NCBI GenBank assembly: GCA_963675915.1
Contig: OY780959.1
Span: forward strand, 1,260,001-1,292,000
Source of the DNA: Coprobacillaceae bacterium
GTDB taxonomy: Bacteria; Bacillota_I; Bacilli_A; Erysipelotrichales; Coprobacillaceae
Reading direction: 5' to 3'
Length of the DNA: 32,000 bases
A program made the position numbers and the translations under genes. Positions 1-7,969 of the stretch are shown piece after piece; the stretch's first letter is position 1; each line of letters begins with the position of its first letter. The notes below the pieces were generated by a model that ran no database searches, was not told where the DNA came from, and saw only the letters and a program-made list of their open reading frames with translations.

Positions 1-1090
1 CGTTCCAACTGACCAGGCCGATAAGCAAAGCCACATATGGTGACATGAAAAATCCCAGATTCAAAGCCACCAGAAACAGCGAAGTAATCAGACTGCTCGA
101 CTTGAAAGCGCCGCTATTGATATGATTAAGCAAAAACGGGACAATGGTTCTAAATGAAAATCCGGTCAGATAGCCCCCGACAGTGGCCACCAATACATTA
201 TCCCCATAGCCCACCAGAAAAATCGCCACTGCCATCAGGGCATACATGACTGGCAAGGTCAGCCATTTCAAAAAAGCGGTAACCCAGGAAAATGTCAGAC
301 CAGCCGACATCGCACCAAGACCAAGTACCAAAAGGACAGTCGCCCCGTCAGTTGCGGTTCCATAGCCCTTGAACAGGATCATTGGTCCGACTTTGATTCC
401 CAAAGTCATGAACATTGTCGCCAAGGCAAAAATCAACAAGACGTAGCCAATCCCGATTTCAAGGCCATTTTGACCGCTAGTCTGGTCGCTATCGTCATTT
501 TCGCTTTCTTCCAAAGCATTTTTCTCCCGCACTTTTGCGGTCGAAATCGCCGGAACAAACAAACCGAACAAAATAATGATCGGAATCACCAGCAAATAAG
601 CAAAGAAAATCCCTTTCCAGCCGATCTTGACCAGTTGTCCGGCAATCAAAGTGAAAGTCATTCCACCAAAGCCTTCACAGGCGGTCTGGAACCCGAACAT
701 CCTGGTCCTTTGAGCACCGCTGTAGAAATACTTGTTGAATGTAACCAGCAGCGACTGGAACATCCCGATTCCAAATCCCAGACAGGCCCGGGCGATGAAA
801 ATCACATAGAAATTTCCCACCAGAATCGGTAAAGTGCCGCTAAAGCCAACCAGAGCCAAACCGGCCAGTACCGTTTTATTGTATCCAAGGACCGCTGCAA
901 TCTTATGACTGAGCAGGACTGCAATCATGATGAAAAGTGAAGATACCGTCGCCAGGTTTTCCACCAGAGCCAAGGGTACCTCGCTGAAAACTTCAATCAT
1001 ATTGGGAATGTTGACATTCATGATCCCCCAGGAAACAATCACCGTTGAAGCCGATAGTAAAGCTATCATCTGTAGTCTGTTTGTTTTCAA
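1..1090 (-). CDS. MFS-type transporter, partial (3' end lies beyond the window start)
   Basis: Absent from the ORF track because it runs off the window. My own minus-strand translation in the frame set by base 1090 is stop-free down to base 2 (~363 codons). It is very hydrophobic, with a charged central loop (PAISTAKVREKNALEESENDDSDQTSGQNGLE) and an MFS-like loop motif (FIARACLGFGIGMFQSL). An AAAGGA Shine-Dalgarno lies 8 nt upstream of TTG at 1090; an alternative ATG is at 1069. Confidence 0.7.
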   Translation of the reverse strand, partial: MKTNRLQMIALLSASTVIVSWGIMNVNIPNMIEVFSEVPLALVENLATVSSLFIMIAVLLSHKIAAVLGYNKTVLAGLALVGFSGTLPILVGNFYVIFIARACLGFGIGMFQSLLVTFNKYFYSGAQRTRMFGFQTACEGFGGMTFTLIAGQLVKIGWKGIFFAYLLVIPIIILFGLFVPAISTAKVREKNALEESENDDSDQTSGQNGLEIGIGYVLLIFALATMFMTLGIKVGPMILFKGYGTATDGATVLLVLGLGAMSAGLTFSWVTAFLKWLTLPVMYALMAVAIFLVGYGDNVLVATVGGYLTGFSFRTIVPFLLNHINSGAFKSSSLITSLFLVALNLGFFMSPYVALLIGLVSWN

Positions 1091-1243
1091 GTTAAAGATC
1101 CTTTCCTAAATCAATACCTTCGCAACACCTACTGCCGCTAGGCAGGAAATGTTCAAGTCGAGTTGCTTTGTCCAACCTCAGCAATTCAAATTTCAATATT
1201 ATGCGGTTTGATTCCGGGAAAATCAGTTCTGTCTCGTTGTATC

Positions 1244-2068
1244 TTAAAGATCAAAAAGATCGTAAATCCAGTTTTTGCACAGTTCGACCCACATGTCGGT
1301 ATTTTTCGAACGTATCCCGGCCTCGGCCTGATACATGGCCAGGTCGTTGCTCACTGAAATTCCATGACTTCCTTTTTGGAAAACATGAACTTCATAAGGC
1401 AGATCCAAGGCGTCCATCGCCAACGCCATGCGCAAAGGATGATCGGAAGGGACATATTTGTCGTACCGGGTATGCCAGATAAAAAGTGGTGGCGTATGTT
1501 TGCCGACATAATTAACCACATCAAGTTCCGGCGTGAGATCTTTGGCAATCTTGCCAAGAAAATCCGGTCTATACTGCTCGGGATCGGCGACAATATCCGT
1601 ACTTGAAGCCGCACCATAAGCCAGCACCGCCCCGTTGGGTCTGTTACCTCCCTCGGGAATGTCCAGACGCTCGCAAAGTCCCGGCGTGTTCCACTGGGTC
1701 GCTCCAAAAGCAGCAACTCCGGCCCCGGCTGAAAATCCCATCACCACGATTGCTTCGGAATCGATACCCCAGCTATCCGAATTCTTGCGGACTTCCCAGA
1801 TTGCCCAGGAGATCTCATCAAGCGGATTGGGATAGACCGAATAATCCCCGATTGAATAATTGAGGACAAAGGCGCAAAAGCCCTCTTTCATGAAAGTAAG
1901 TGCCACCGGCTCCCCTTCTAAGTCCGACAGCATTCCCCAGGCTCCTCCGGGCATGATAATGATGGCTGGCCGCTTTTTAAGCTGAGAACCGTGTTCCAGG
2001 ACATCGGGAATGTAGGTTTTAAGATTCACCCGACCGTCTTGAGTATAATTGATTGTTTGATGTAGCAT
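1244..2068 (-). CDS. alpha/beta hydrolase (esterase/lipase-like)
   Basis: 274-aa ORF with the nucleophile elbow GFSAGA (G-x-S-x-G), an IIIMPGGAW oxyanion-region motif and a late SHG histidine. AGGGGG RBS upstream of the ATG. Confidence 0.8.
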   Translation of the reverse strand: MLHQTINYTQDGRVNLKTYIPDVLEHGSQLKKRPAIIIMPGGAWGMLSDLEGEPVALTFMKEGFCAFVLNYSIGDYSVYPNPLDEISWAIWEVRKNSDSWGIDSEAIVVMGFSAGAGVAAFGATQWNTPGLCERLDIPEGGNRPNGAVLAYGAASSTDIVADPEQYRPDFLGKIAKDLTPELDVVNYVGKHTPPLFIWHTRYDKYVPSDHPLRMALAMDALDLPYEVHVFQKGSHGISVSNDLAMYQAEAGIRSKNTDMWVELCKNWIYDLFDL

Positions 2069-2109
2069 GTTTTTCCCCCTATAATAATTTCATCGTGTAC
2101 TTCGATAAA

Positions 2110-2523
2110 TCAGAGCTGATTGTAATCATCGTCATTGACCGGTTCGAGCCATTCGACCCCGCCACCTTCAGAAGGGACCCCGATGAAAATATGGACAAAC
2201 CAACTGTCCTTGGCCGCCCCGTGCCAATGTTTGACTTCCGGCTCGATGCTTACCACATCGCCCGGTTTGAGTCTTCGTGCCGGTTCGCCCCAAGCCTGAT
2301 ACCACCCTTCCCCGGCGGTTACCAAGAGAATCTGACCGCCTTTGTGATGGACGTGCCAGTTGTTGCGACAACCCGGTTCGAAAACGATGTTCCCGATTCC
2401 CATTTGCTCAGTTTCCAGCATTTTCAACCAGGTGGCCCCGTTGAAATAGTCGGCGTAAACCAGATTCGGTTCTCCGGTTTCAAATACATTCAAATCGATA
2501 TTCGCATCTTTGAGATCACTCAT
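2110..2523 (-). CDS. cupin domain protein
   Basis: Cupin motifs (FEPGCRNNWHVHHKGGQILLVTAGEGW ... VKHWHGA). Start moved to the internal ATG at 2523, which follows AAGGAGGAATAAT; the longer track ORF (to 2574) has no RBS. Paralog of 7052-7489. Confidence 0.8.
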   Translation of the reverse strand: MSDLKDANIDLNVFETGEPNLVYADYFNGATWLKMLETEQMGIGNIVFEPGCRNNWHVHHKGGQILLVTAGEGWYQAWGEPARRLKPGDVVSIEPEVKHWHGAAKDSWFVHIFIGVPSEGGGVEWLEPVNDDDYNQL

Positions 2524-2551
2524 ATTATTCCTCCTTGAGTTCCGGCCTAAA

Positions 2552-2902
2552 TCAGTCTTCATCATATTTTTCAATTCTTACTTTGCCTTTGAGTTCTTTG
2601 ATCAGGTTTTCACCAAAAACTGCTTCACCCAGGTGATAGAGTCCTGGATAAGCGCCAAAAACGTCGTAGAACATGCAGACGTCCTTATAAGGTTCAAAAT
2701 AAGCGATCGTCCCGACAACCGCTTTTTTTACCAGCGGGGTTTGAGTTGTATCCAGGGGTTCGGGATAAAAGGTGATTTCATTTTTACTAAAAGGTTCGAC
2801 TTCCAGTTCCAGTGGAAGCTGATTGTAAAGGTCTTTGGCGGCATTGCTGTCGTTGAGTTCGAAAATCACTTTCAATTCGTCATTGATTACCACGATTTTC
2901 AT
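2552..2902 (-). CDS. cyclophilin-like fold small protein (uncharacterised)
   Basis: 116-aa ORF with an AAAGGAGGAATAGACC RBS before the ATG. The sequence pattern (MKIVV.. ..AAKDLYNQLP.. ..GTIAYFEPYKDVCMFY) resembles the small cyclophilin-like proteins often paired with cupin or flavodoxin genes. The family call is from memory only. Confidence 0.55.
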   Translation of the reverse strand: MKIVVINDELKVIFELNDSNAAKDLYNQLPLELEVEPFSKNEITFYPEPLDTTQTPLVKKAVVGTIAYFEPYKDVCMFYDVFGAYPGLYHLGEAVFGENLIKELKGKVRIEKYDED

Positions 2903-2953
2903 GGTCTATTCCTCCTTTATTTGTTCAACAATATTACCTAACTATATAAAATA

Positions 2954-2982
2954 TTATACATTATCACCGCTTTCATTACAAA
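2954..2982 (-). promoter_or_regulatory. sigma-A type promoter for the cyclophilin-like/cupin operon
   Basis: Minus strand reads TTGTAA, a 17-nt spacer, then TATAAT preceded by TG (extended -10), about 50 nt upstream of the 2902 start. Confidence 0.4.
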
Positions 2983-3019
2983 TAATAGTAATTCAAGGTT
3001 GGCGTATTTCTAAGGGATG

Positions 3020-3043
3020 AAAAAAACGGACTGCAGTCCGTTT
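3020..3043 (-). terminator. Rho-independent terminator after the deacetylase gene
   Basis: Minus strand AAACGGAC-TGCA-GTCCGTTT hairpin followed by TTTTTTT, 6 nt after the stop at 3049. Confidence 0.75.
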
Positions 3044-3048
3044 GGTGT

Positions 3049-3804
3049 TTATTTGTTGTGATAGTTTCTAAAGTCAACAACCTCGAAATTGTTTTTTTTC
3101 AGATAATCCCGGATCCACTCGCCACAAAGGAAATCGCATTCCATTGGACGGATCAAAGTGAATGAAGAATGATCAAGAATGTACTGGTCAAGATAACCGG
3201 GATGGCAGACCATCAGCGAACACTTGCTTTCCTTGATGATATCAAGACAGTCAGTCAGATATTCTTTAGGATCATACATGTTGTTTTCATCGAGCTTCAT
3301 CATCGGCAAATTGACGATACCATACTCAGCCACCCATTTTTCATCGAAGGGATTGACATAGAACAAATCATGACGCTTGGCCACGTTTTCCAAGGCCGTG
3401 AAGAAATTTTTGGAAAAGACCGCATGAGCCTCGAAGTAATCAGGCTTTTTGCCGGTGATTTCCTGGAAACGTTGCAATTGGGCTTCGATTTCAATCTGAG
3501 CTTCTGCAACGACAACAGTGTCCTCCTGGCGGGCTCTGATTTCCCGGCTGGAACAGAATTCCCCACTTGGCTGAACCAGGGAAGGAATCAGTTTGGGGTC
3601 ACTCAATGGTTTGCCCACACAGATGTTGGTGTGTTGACCCAGGGCGATATCGCAGTCCTTGATCAGGCTGTAGCCATGGACGGCCGCTTCCATGTTGGGC
3701 ATCATTCCGACACTGGAAATCACTCCGTCTTTAACTGCTTTTTCGAGTCCGTAGTTGACCCCTTCACTAAATCCCAGGTCGTCCCCTCTAATAATCAATT
3801 TCAT
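3049..3804 (-). CDS. ChbG/YdjC family carbohydrate deacetylase
   Basis: N-terminus MKLIIRGDDLGFSEGVNYG is typical of the YdjC/ChbG family, with conserved His-containing segments (GQHTN, EAHAV). Start placed at ATG 3804 (AAGGAG then 9 nt); the track start at 3813 abuts the RBS. Confidence 0.8.
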   Translation of the reverse strand: MKLIIRGDDLGFSEGVNYGLEKAVKDGVISSVGMMPNMEAAVHGYSLIKDCDIALGQHTNICVGKPLSDPKLIPSLVQPSGEFCSSREIRARQEDTVVVAEAQIEIEAQLQRFQEITGKKPDYFEAHAVFSKNFFTALENVAKRHDLFYVNPFDEKWVAEYGIVNLPMMKLDENNMYDPKEYLTDCLDIIKESKCSLMVCHPGYLDQYILDHSSFTLIRPMECDFLCGEWIRDYLKKNNFEVVDFRNYHNK

Positions 3805-4092
3805 ATTTTCCATCTCCTTATGATAATGATTTTATGTTTGCCTGCGACTTCCATTTATTGAAATTCAGGCATCTCCACTAATCATAATATCATATAATCA
3901 ATTTTTGAAAAAGTGGGAGCTTAAAATAAAAGACCGGATCGCCAGTTTTAATTTAACTGGAGGGATAGTTTCCCTTGTAAAATCCCGTCCTCAAAGTAAT
4001 CCGGGTTTCAATAAGCCTCTTTTTTCGCTATTTTTCCAGGTCCGGTCAACCAAATAAAGTAGGCTAACTTATTTCTAAGCTAGCCCCTTATC

Positions 4093-4125
4093 AAACCGCA
4101 CATGCGCTATTAACGCATACGGCTT
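4093..4125 (-). ncRNA. group II intron domain V (catalytic hairpin), copy 1
   Basis: Minus strand AAGCCGUAUGCGUUAAUAGCGCAUGUGCGGUUU shows the AGC catalytic triad, a lower stem GCCGUAU/GUGCGGU with a G-U pair, a 2-nt bulge on the 3' strand and an upper stem GCG/CGC. It closely matches the canonical GAGCCGUAUGCG...ACGUACGGUUC consensus. Confidence 0.85.
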
Positions 4126-4163
4126 ACCAATTTACTAAATCTGATTTTATGAATGATTATAGT

Positions 4164-5588
4164 CTACTTGCTAAAAGAGTAGGCTATTTTCTTGTTTCTT
4201 TCTTTCGTGTAATACTTGATTCCGGCTTTCCTGCACTGTTCCACTCTGTTTTTCGTTACTTCTTTGTTGATACCCTGTTGTCTTTGAACATATATTTCAA
4301 TTGGATATCCATACATGGTATTGAAATAGTGCCAGTATGCCGGTTTCAAACCAATCATCGCAAAGAATGCTATATTCCATTTAACCGTCATTCCAAACGC
4401 TTTCCTGATTGTCGGATGTTTATGCAGCATGCACATTCTCAGCCTTTGGCGAATATACTTGTCAATTGTATTTAGTTCCCTTCCCATTAGATTTATGTCG
4501 CAATGGGTTTTGTAGTTGTGCTTCTTGAATATTTTAAGTGCTTTGTAGACGTTCAGGTAGTAATTGACTTTACCAACTATAATCGGATTAAGCATGCTTA
4601 CCCATTTATCCTGAGAAAATGTCCACTTTCTTTGCGTCTTGTCCTTGATTTTCTTTTTGAAGTCTTTGAGTGAATTGGCGGTGGGAACTATGAAATAGTA
4701 GTCTTCACCTTTCTTGTTTTTCCTCCAGTGTTTGAAGTCAAATCCAAGAAAGGTAAAATCATCATTTTTAAAGTCTACCACTTTGGTTTTGTCCATAGCC
4801 ATTTCCAATCCCAATGATTGAATCACTTCTCTGGCTATCTTTCCTGCCCGCTCAATTTCTTCTTCTGTTTTCGCAAACAAGAGAAAATCATCGGCATAAC
4901 GCACGAAGTGAATCTTTGCCTCGTGCAACTTCCAATCCAGTTCGTTCAGGTAGATGTTTGCAAGTAGAGGTGAAATAACGCCACCTTGCGGTGTTCCACT
5001 TTTGCTTTGCATATGTTTGCCGTCTTCCATGTATCCCGCTTTGAGCCATGACCAAATCAAATCAAGAACAGTCCCATCAGCGATGCATTTATTCAATACC
5101 TTCATCAACTTTTTATGGGGAATGTTATCGAAGAACCCTTTGATATCACAATCGTATATCCAGTTTCTTCCTTCCTCGATGTTCTTGATGATAATCTGCA
5201 TGGCACTGTCGACACCACGATTCGGGCGGTAGCCAACTGACCAGTGATGGAATATACCGGCCTCATATTTTGGGGTTAGGATATTGGTTAGCACCTGCTG
5301 AACTATCCGATCTTTGACTATTGGTATTCCCAATGGTCTTCTCTTTCCGTTTTTCTTAGGGATATATACTCGCCTTACAGGGATTGGTCTATATTCCTTT
5401 AATCTCAGTTCTTCCAGTAGCTTGTCCAAATTGTCTTGTTCATTTTCCATGAAGCGTTCAATGGTTACCCCATCGATTCCGCCACTTCCATGATTTGCTT
5501 TTACCTGCTTCCATGCTTCTAGTATTTTCCTGTCCTGGAGTATTTGTCCATACAGAGAATGCCACTTCAATTTCAACGGTTCATTCAT
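4164..5588 (-). CDS. ltrA: group II intron reverse transcriptase/maturase (no endonuclease domain)
   Basis: 474-aa ORF with RT motifs (RPLGIP, GYRPNRG, TPQGGVISPLLANIYL, RYADDF) and the maturase X motif (LNPIIVGKVNYY). The C-terminus is basic and lacks an HNH/Cys-rich En domain. Confidence 0.95.
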   Translation of the reverse strand: MNEPLKLKWHSLYGQILQDRKILEAWKQVKANHGSGGIDGVTIERFMENEQDNLDKLLEELRLKEYRPIPVRRVYIPKKNGKRRPLGIPIVKDRIVQQVLTNILTPKYEAGIFHHWSVGYRPNRGVDSAMQIIIKNIEEGRNWIYDCDIKGFFDNIPHKKLMKVLNKCIADGTVLDLIWSWLKAGYMEDGKHMQSKSGTPQGGVISPLLANIYLNELDWKLHEAKIHFVRYADDFLLFAKTEEEIERAGKIAREVIQSLGLEMAMDKTKVVDFKNDDFTFLGFDFKHWRKNKKGEDYYFIVPTANSLKDFKKKIKDKTQRKWTFSQDKWVSMLNPIIVGKVNYYLNVYKALKIFKKHNYKTHCDINLMGRELNTIDKYIRQRLRMCMLHKHPTIRKAFGMTVKWNIAFFAMIGLKPAYWHYFNTMYGYPIEIYVQRQQGINKEVTKNRVEQCRKAGIKYYTKERNKKIAYSFSK

Positions 5589-6232
5589 AATTTCAAACCT
5601 CTCTTTCTATTTATCGTTCTTTGAATTCGTTTGTACCTAAGTACCGTCATTCTTACCATTACGATTAAACAAAGTAAGAATTGTAAAAGGTCAATCCCCT
5701 TCGCTTCGCCAAACGTTTGGTCGCATGACTACTTCACTACTATGAGATTGTCTGACTCCTCTTCATATAACCATCACTTCGAATGACTCTTATAGATGAT
5801 TATCCTTTCGGTGGATGAAGAGGTCTCACAGGGTCATCAACTACGCCCTTGTTGACATGCCAATCACCTTCACAATGGAGTGCCGGCATATTCGACTAGT
5901 TCTTAGAATATGTCGTGAATAGACTTCCGCACCTTTCGCAACGTCGTCACATTCTCCACTGCCGCAACATGTGATTCACTTTTCGTTTCGGCCTGCCAAC
6001 TCATCTACAGGTCTCTCGACTACTGCGTCTCCTTCAAACACAATCTCACGATTATGCCCTAGACTAGATTTCCCGAATAGCACCAGTGCGCACGGGGTAG
6101 GATTTGTACCTACGGGGTTTCCCTATTCCATGATATTTACTGTATTGATAGCTAACTATTACAGGAACTCATTTATAAAAGGAAAATGCCATGTACCTGT
6201 ATACATGGCATCTAAGCGACTGCCTGTCGCAC

Positions 6233-6256
6233 AAAAGGACAGGTAGCTACCTGTCC
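6233..6256 (-). terminator. Rho-independent terminator of the CMD-family gene; insertion target of intron copy 1
   Basis: Minus strand GGACAGGTAGCTACCTGTCC palindromic hairpin then TTTT, followed directly by the intron GTGCG. With the intron removed the T-run reads TTTTTTGG. Confidence 0.8.
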
Positions 6257-6311
6257 CTAGACAATACGATAATTCAGCTGCTAAAACCAGGAAAACCATG
6301 ATTTTGAGCAA

Positions 6312-7025
6312 TTATTTGGCCGCGTTCATTTGTTCAACAACTTTGTTGATTGTTGCAACTGCGTTCAAACTTCTTGGATAACCGATGTATGGCAGACATT
6401 GAGAAACAACTTTCAACAGGAAGTCTTTGTCATTGCCAAGATTGAAGTTTCCAAAAACATGGCTTGTTAATTGTGATTCACAACCACATTGAGCTGACAA
6501 GTAGCAAAAAGTGATCATTTCTCTTTGTTTCAAATCAAGACCTTTACGAGTGTAATAGTCACCAAAGCAGTTAGCCGCCAACCAACGGTTGATGTGGCCG
6601 CCTTTCCAGAAATCTTTCATTCCCGGTCCGAAGATATCACATTGAGCCTGCGCTCCGTCTTCAAGACGGGTTTCCATAGTTGTAGTCGCTTGACCTTCAA
6701 GTGGAAGTTCGATCCCCAGATCAGCCATCACTTCATTGGTAGCTGTCAAAAACGGATAAACTCTTCCGATTCCCAGGTAGTCTACTGCCTGATAAACAAC
6801 CTCTTTGGCTTCAACAGGAGTTACCGCTTCTTTTAAAGCCAGCGGTAAGACAACTTTGAATTCGTCAACTCCCTGACATCCCAGCAAAGTCGCCAGGATT
6901 GCCAGATATCTGGTTTTGTCGTCAAGCTGTTGCCCCTCTTCATTAACTACTTCATTGAAAGTGAACGCATCGAAGCGTTCCATGAATTCTGGATCTGTTT
7001 GGTATAAATCGATTTTTGCTGCCAT
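6312..7025 (-). CDS. carboxymuconolactone decarboxylase (AhpD-like) family protein
   Basis: 237-aa ORF whose length and sequence pattern are consistent with a CMD/AhpD-like fold (RYLAILATLLGCQG; ITFCYLSAQCGCESQLTSHV). GAAAGGAAC RBS. Lies 26 nt downstream of the cupin gene, so probably in the same operon. Confidence 0.7.
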   Translation of the reverse strand: MAAKIDLYQTDPEFMERFDAFTFNEVVNEEGQQLDDKTRYLAILATLLGCQGVDEFKVVLPLALKEAVTPVEAKEVVYQAVDYLGIGRVYPFLTATNEVMADLGIELPLEGQATTTMETRLEDGAQAQCDIFGPGMKDFWKGGHINRWLAANCFGDYYTRKGLDLKQREMITFCYLSAQCGCESQLTSHVFGNFNLGNDKDFLLKVVSQCLPYIGYPRSLNAVATINKVVEQMNAAK

Positions 7026-7051
7026 TACATTAGTTCCTTTCCCTATCTGGA

Positions 7052-7489
7052 TTATTTTAATTTTCCGTATACTTCATCACTGACTGGTTCGCACCATTCA
7101 TTGCTGGTTTCTTCGCCTGGTACTTCGATTGCGATGTGTGAGAACCAGCTGTCAGCTTTGGCCCCATGCCAGTGTTTAACTCCAACCGGAATTTTGATAA
7201 CCATTCCCGGATCCAAGCTTACCGCTTCTTTACCTTCTTCTTGGTACCAACCTTCACCGGCTGTACAAAGCAGAATTTGACCACCGTCTTTTTTAGCGTG
7301 GTGGATATGCCAGTTGTTACGGCATCCTGGTTCGAAAGTCACGTTAGCCAAGAATACTGGATACTCTCCAAACCCTGTCAATGGGTTCAAAAATGAATCA
7401 CCAATGAAATATTTCGCAAACATTTCATTAGGAATTCCTTTCCCAAATACGTTTTCTGTGTCAAATTTTGCTTCATCCATAAATTTCAT
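7052..7489 (-). CDS. cupin domain protein
   Basis: Cupin motifs (FEPGCRNNWHIHHAKKDGGQILLCTAGEGW ... VKHWHGA). Start set to ATG 7489 after AAAGGAGATCAATATT; the 5' extension in the track ORF has no RBS. Confidence 0.8.
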   Translation of the reverse strand: MKFMDEAKFDTENVFGKGIPNEMFAKYFIGDSFLNPLTGFGEYPVFLANVTFEPGCRNNWHIHHAKKDGGQILLCTAGEGWYQEEGKEAVSLDPGMVIKIPVGVKHWHGAKADSWFSHIAIEVPGEETSNEWCEPVSDEVYGKLK

Positions 7490-7870
7490 AATATTGATCT
7501 CCTTTATTGTTCTGTTTCCTTGAAATTTCTTGTACATACATAATTATCCGGATCTTTCGCCCCTCAATAGGGTTATGGAATTCTGGTATCCCTGTTACGG
7601 TGAAAATCTCCGCTTGGACATTAATCATCAATCGTAGGAATCAGAAACAATAACTGTTCTTATTATAACATAATTACCGCAGGATTGGTTTTCAAATTCC
7701 GCAAACCGCCTGTTTTTCATTACCACTATGATGACAATTGTCAAACCGGATATTCAACCACATACCTCATGCATTTGATGATTCTTCATGGGACTCCAGG
7801 TCAGTAATGGGATGATATGTAGAAGTTCCTGAATTCCCTGAAATGATGTTTTAAAAAAACCACCAAATAC

Positions 7871-7899
7871 TTGAAATAATATTCCAGATGAAGTATGAT
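7871..7899 (+). promoter_or_regulatory. sigma-A type promoter for the MerR-family gene
   Basis: TTGAAA (7871-7876), a 17-nt spacer, then TATGAT (7894-7899), about 70 nt upstream of ATG 7970. Confidence 0.5.
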
Positions 7900-7905
7900 A
7901 TGGTC

Positions 7906-7936
7906 ATCTTACAACCTAAACCCAACTTTAGGTCAA
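7906..7936 (-). promoter_or_regulatory. MerR-type promoter/operator (19-bp spacer containing a dyad)
   Basis: Minus strand reads TTGACC, a 19-nt spacer, then TAAGAT. The spacer and -35 carry the dyad ACCTAAA-n6-TTTAGGT. It is divergent from and adjacent to the merR-family promoter, which is the classic MerR architecture. Confidence 0.55.
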
Positions 7937-7969
7937 GGGTTTTTTGAAAAAAATTTTGGAGGTATACAA

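Larger units (their letters stand above)
4054..6232 (-). mobile_element. group II intron, copy 1 (class C-like, full length, 2179 nt)
   Basis: Minus-strand 5' end is GTGCG at 6232. Domain V lies at 4093-4125 and domain VI (10-bp stem, GAAA loop, bulged A) ends ...CCUACUUUAU at about 4054. An RT/maturase ORF sits in domain IV. The element is collinear with copy 2 at a constant offset of 15553 nt. The 3' boundary is uncertain by 1-2 nt because of shared T residues. Confidence 0.9.

Noticed and set aside
470-1109. Plus-strand ORFs 470-832 and 927-1109
   Set aside because: They are antisense to the long, stop-free, hydrophobic minus-strand MFS frame that runs off the window.
2524-2574. Longer N-terminal extensions given by the ORF track for many genes (for example 2574, 3813, 7537, 7895, 10898, 16895, 25401, 25846, 26285, 27792, 30338)
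   Set aside because: In each case an internal ATG has a well-spaced AGGAGG-like RBS and begins the conserved family N-terminus. The extended start lacks an RBS or overlaps a promoter or the upstream gene.
3169-3861. 230-aa plus-strand ORF, and the 88-aa minus-strand ORF at 3300-3566
   Set aside because: They are antisense to, or out of frame within, the well-supported YdjC/ChbG gene. Neither has a recognisable motif or an RBS.
4149-4475. Plus-strand ORFs antisense to the maturase genes (4149-4475, 4954-5232, 19702-20226, 20507-20785)
   Set aside because: They are shadow frames of the RT/maturase ORFs. They are repeated only because the intron is repeated.
4054-6232. Interpretation of the 2.18-kb repeat as an IS element or transposon, or of the RT as a retron, DGR or Abi-type defence RT
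   Set aside because: There are no terminal inverted repeats and no transposase. The RT is flanked by a GTGCG 5' end and canonical domain V/VI RNA structures and carries a maturase X domain, all of which point to a group II intron.
5971-6246. 91-aa plus-strand ORF, and its 110-aa counterpart at 21524-21856
   Set aside because: They lie antisense to the 5' ribozyme domains of the introns and run across the intron/exon junction. The two versions differ in length only because the flanks differ, so they are not genes.
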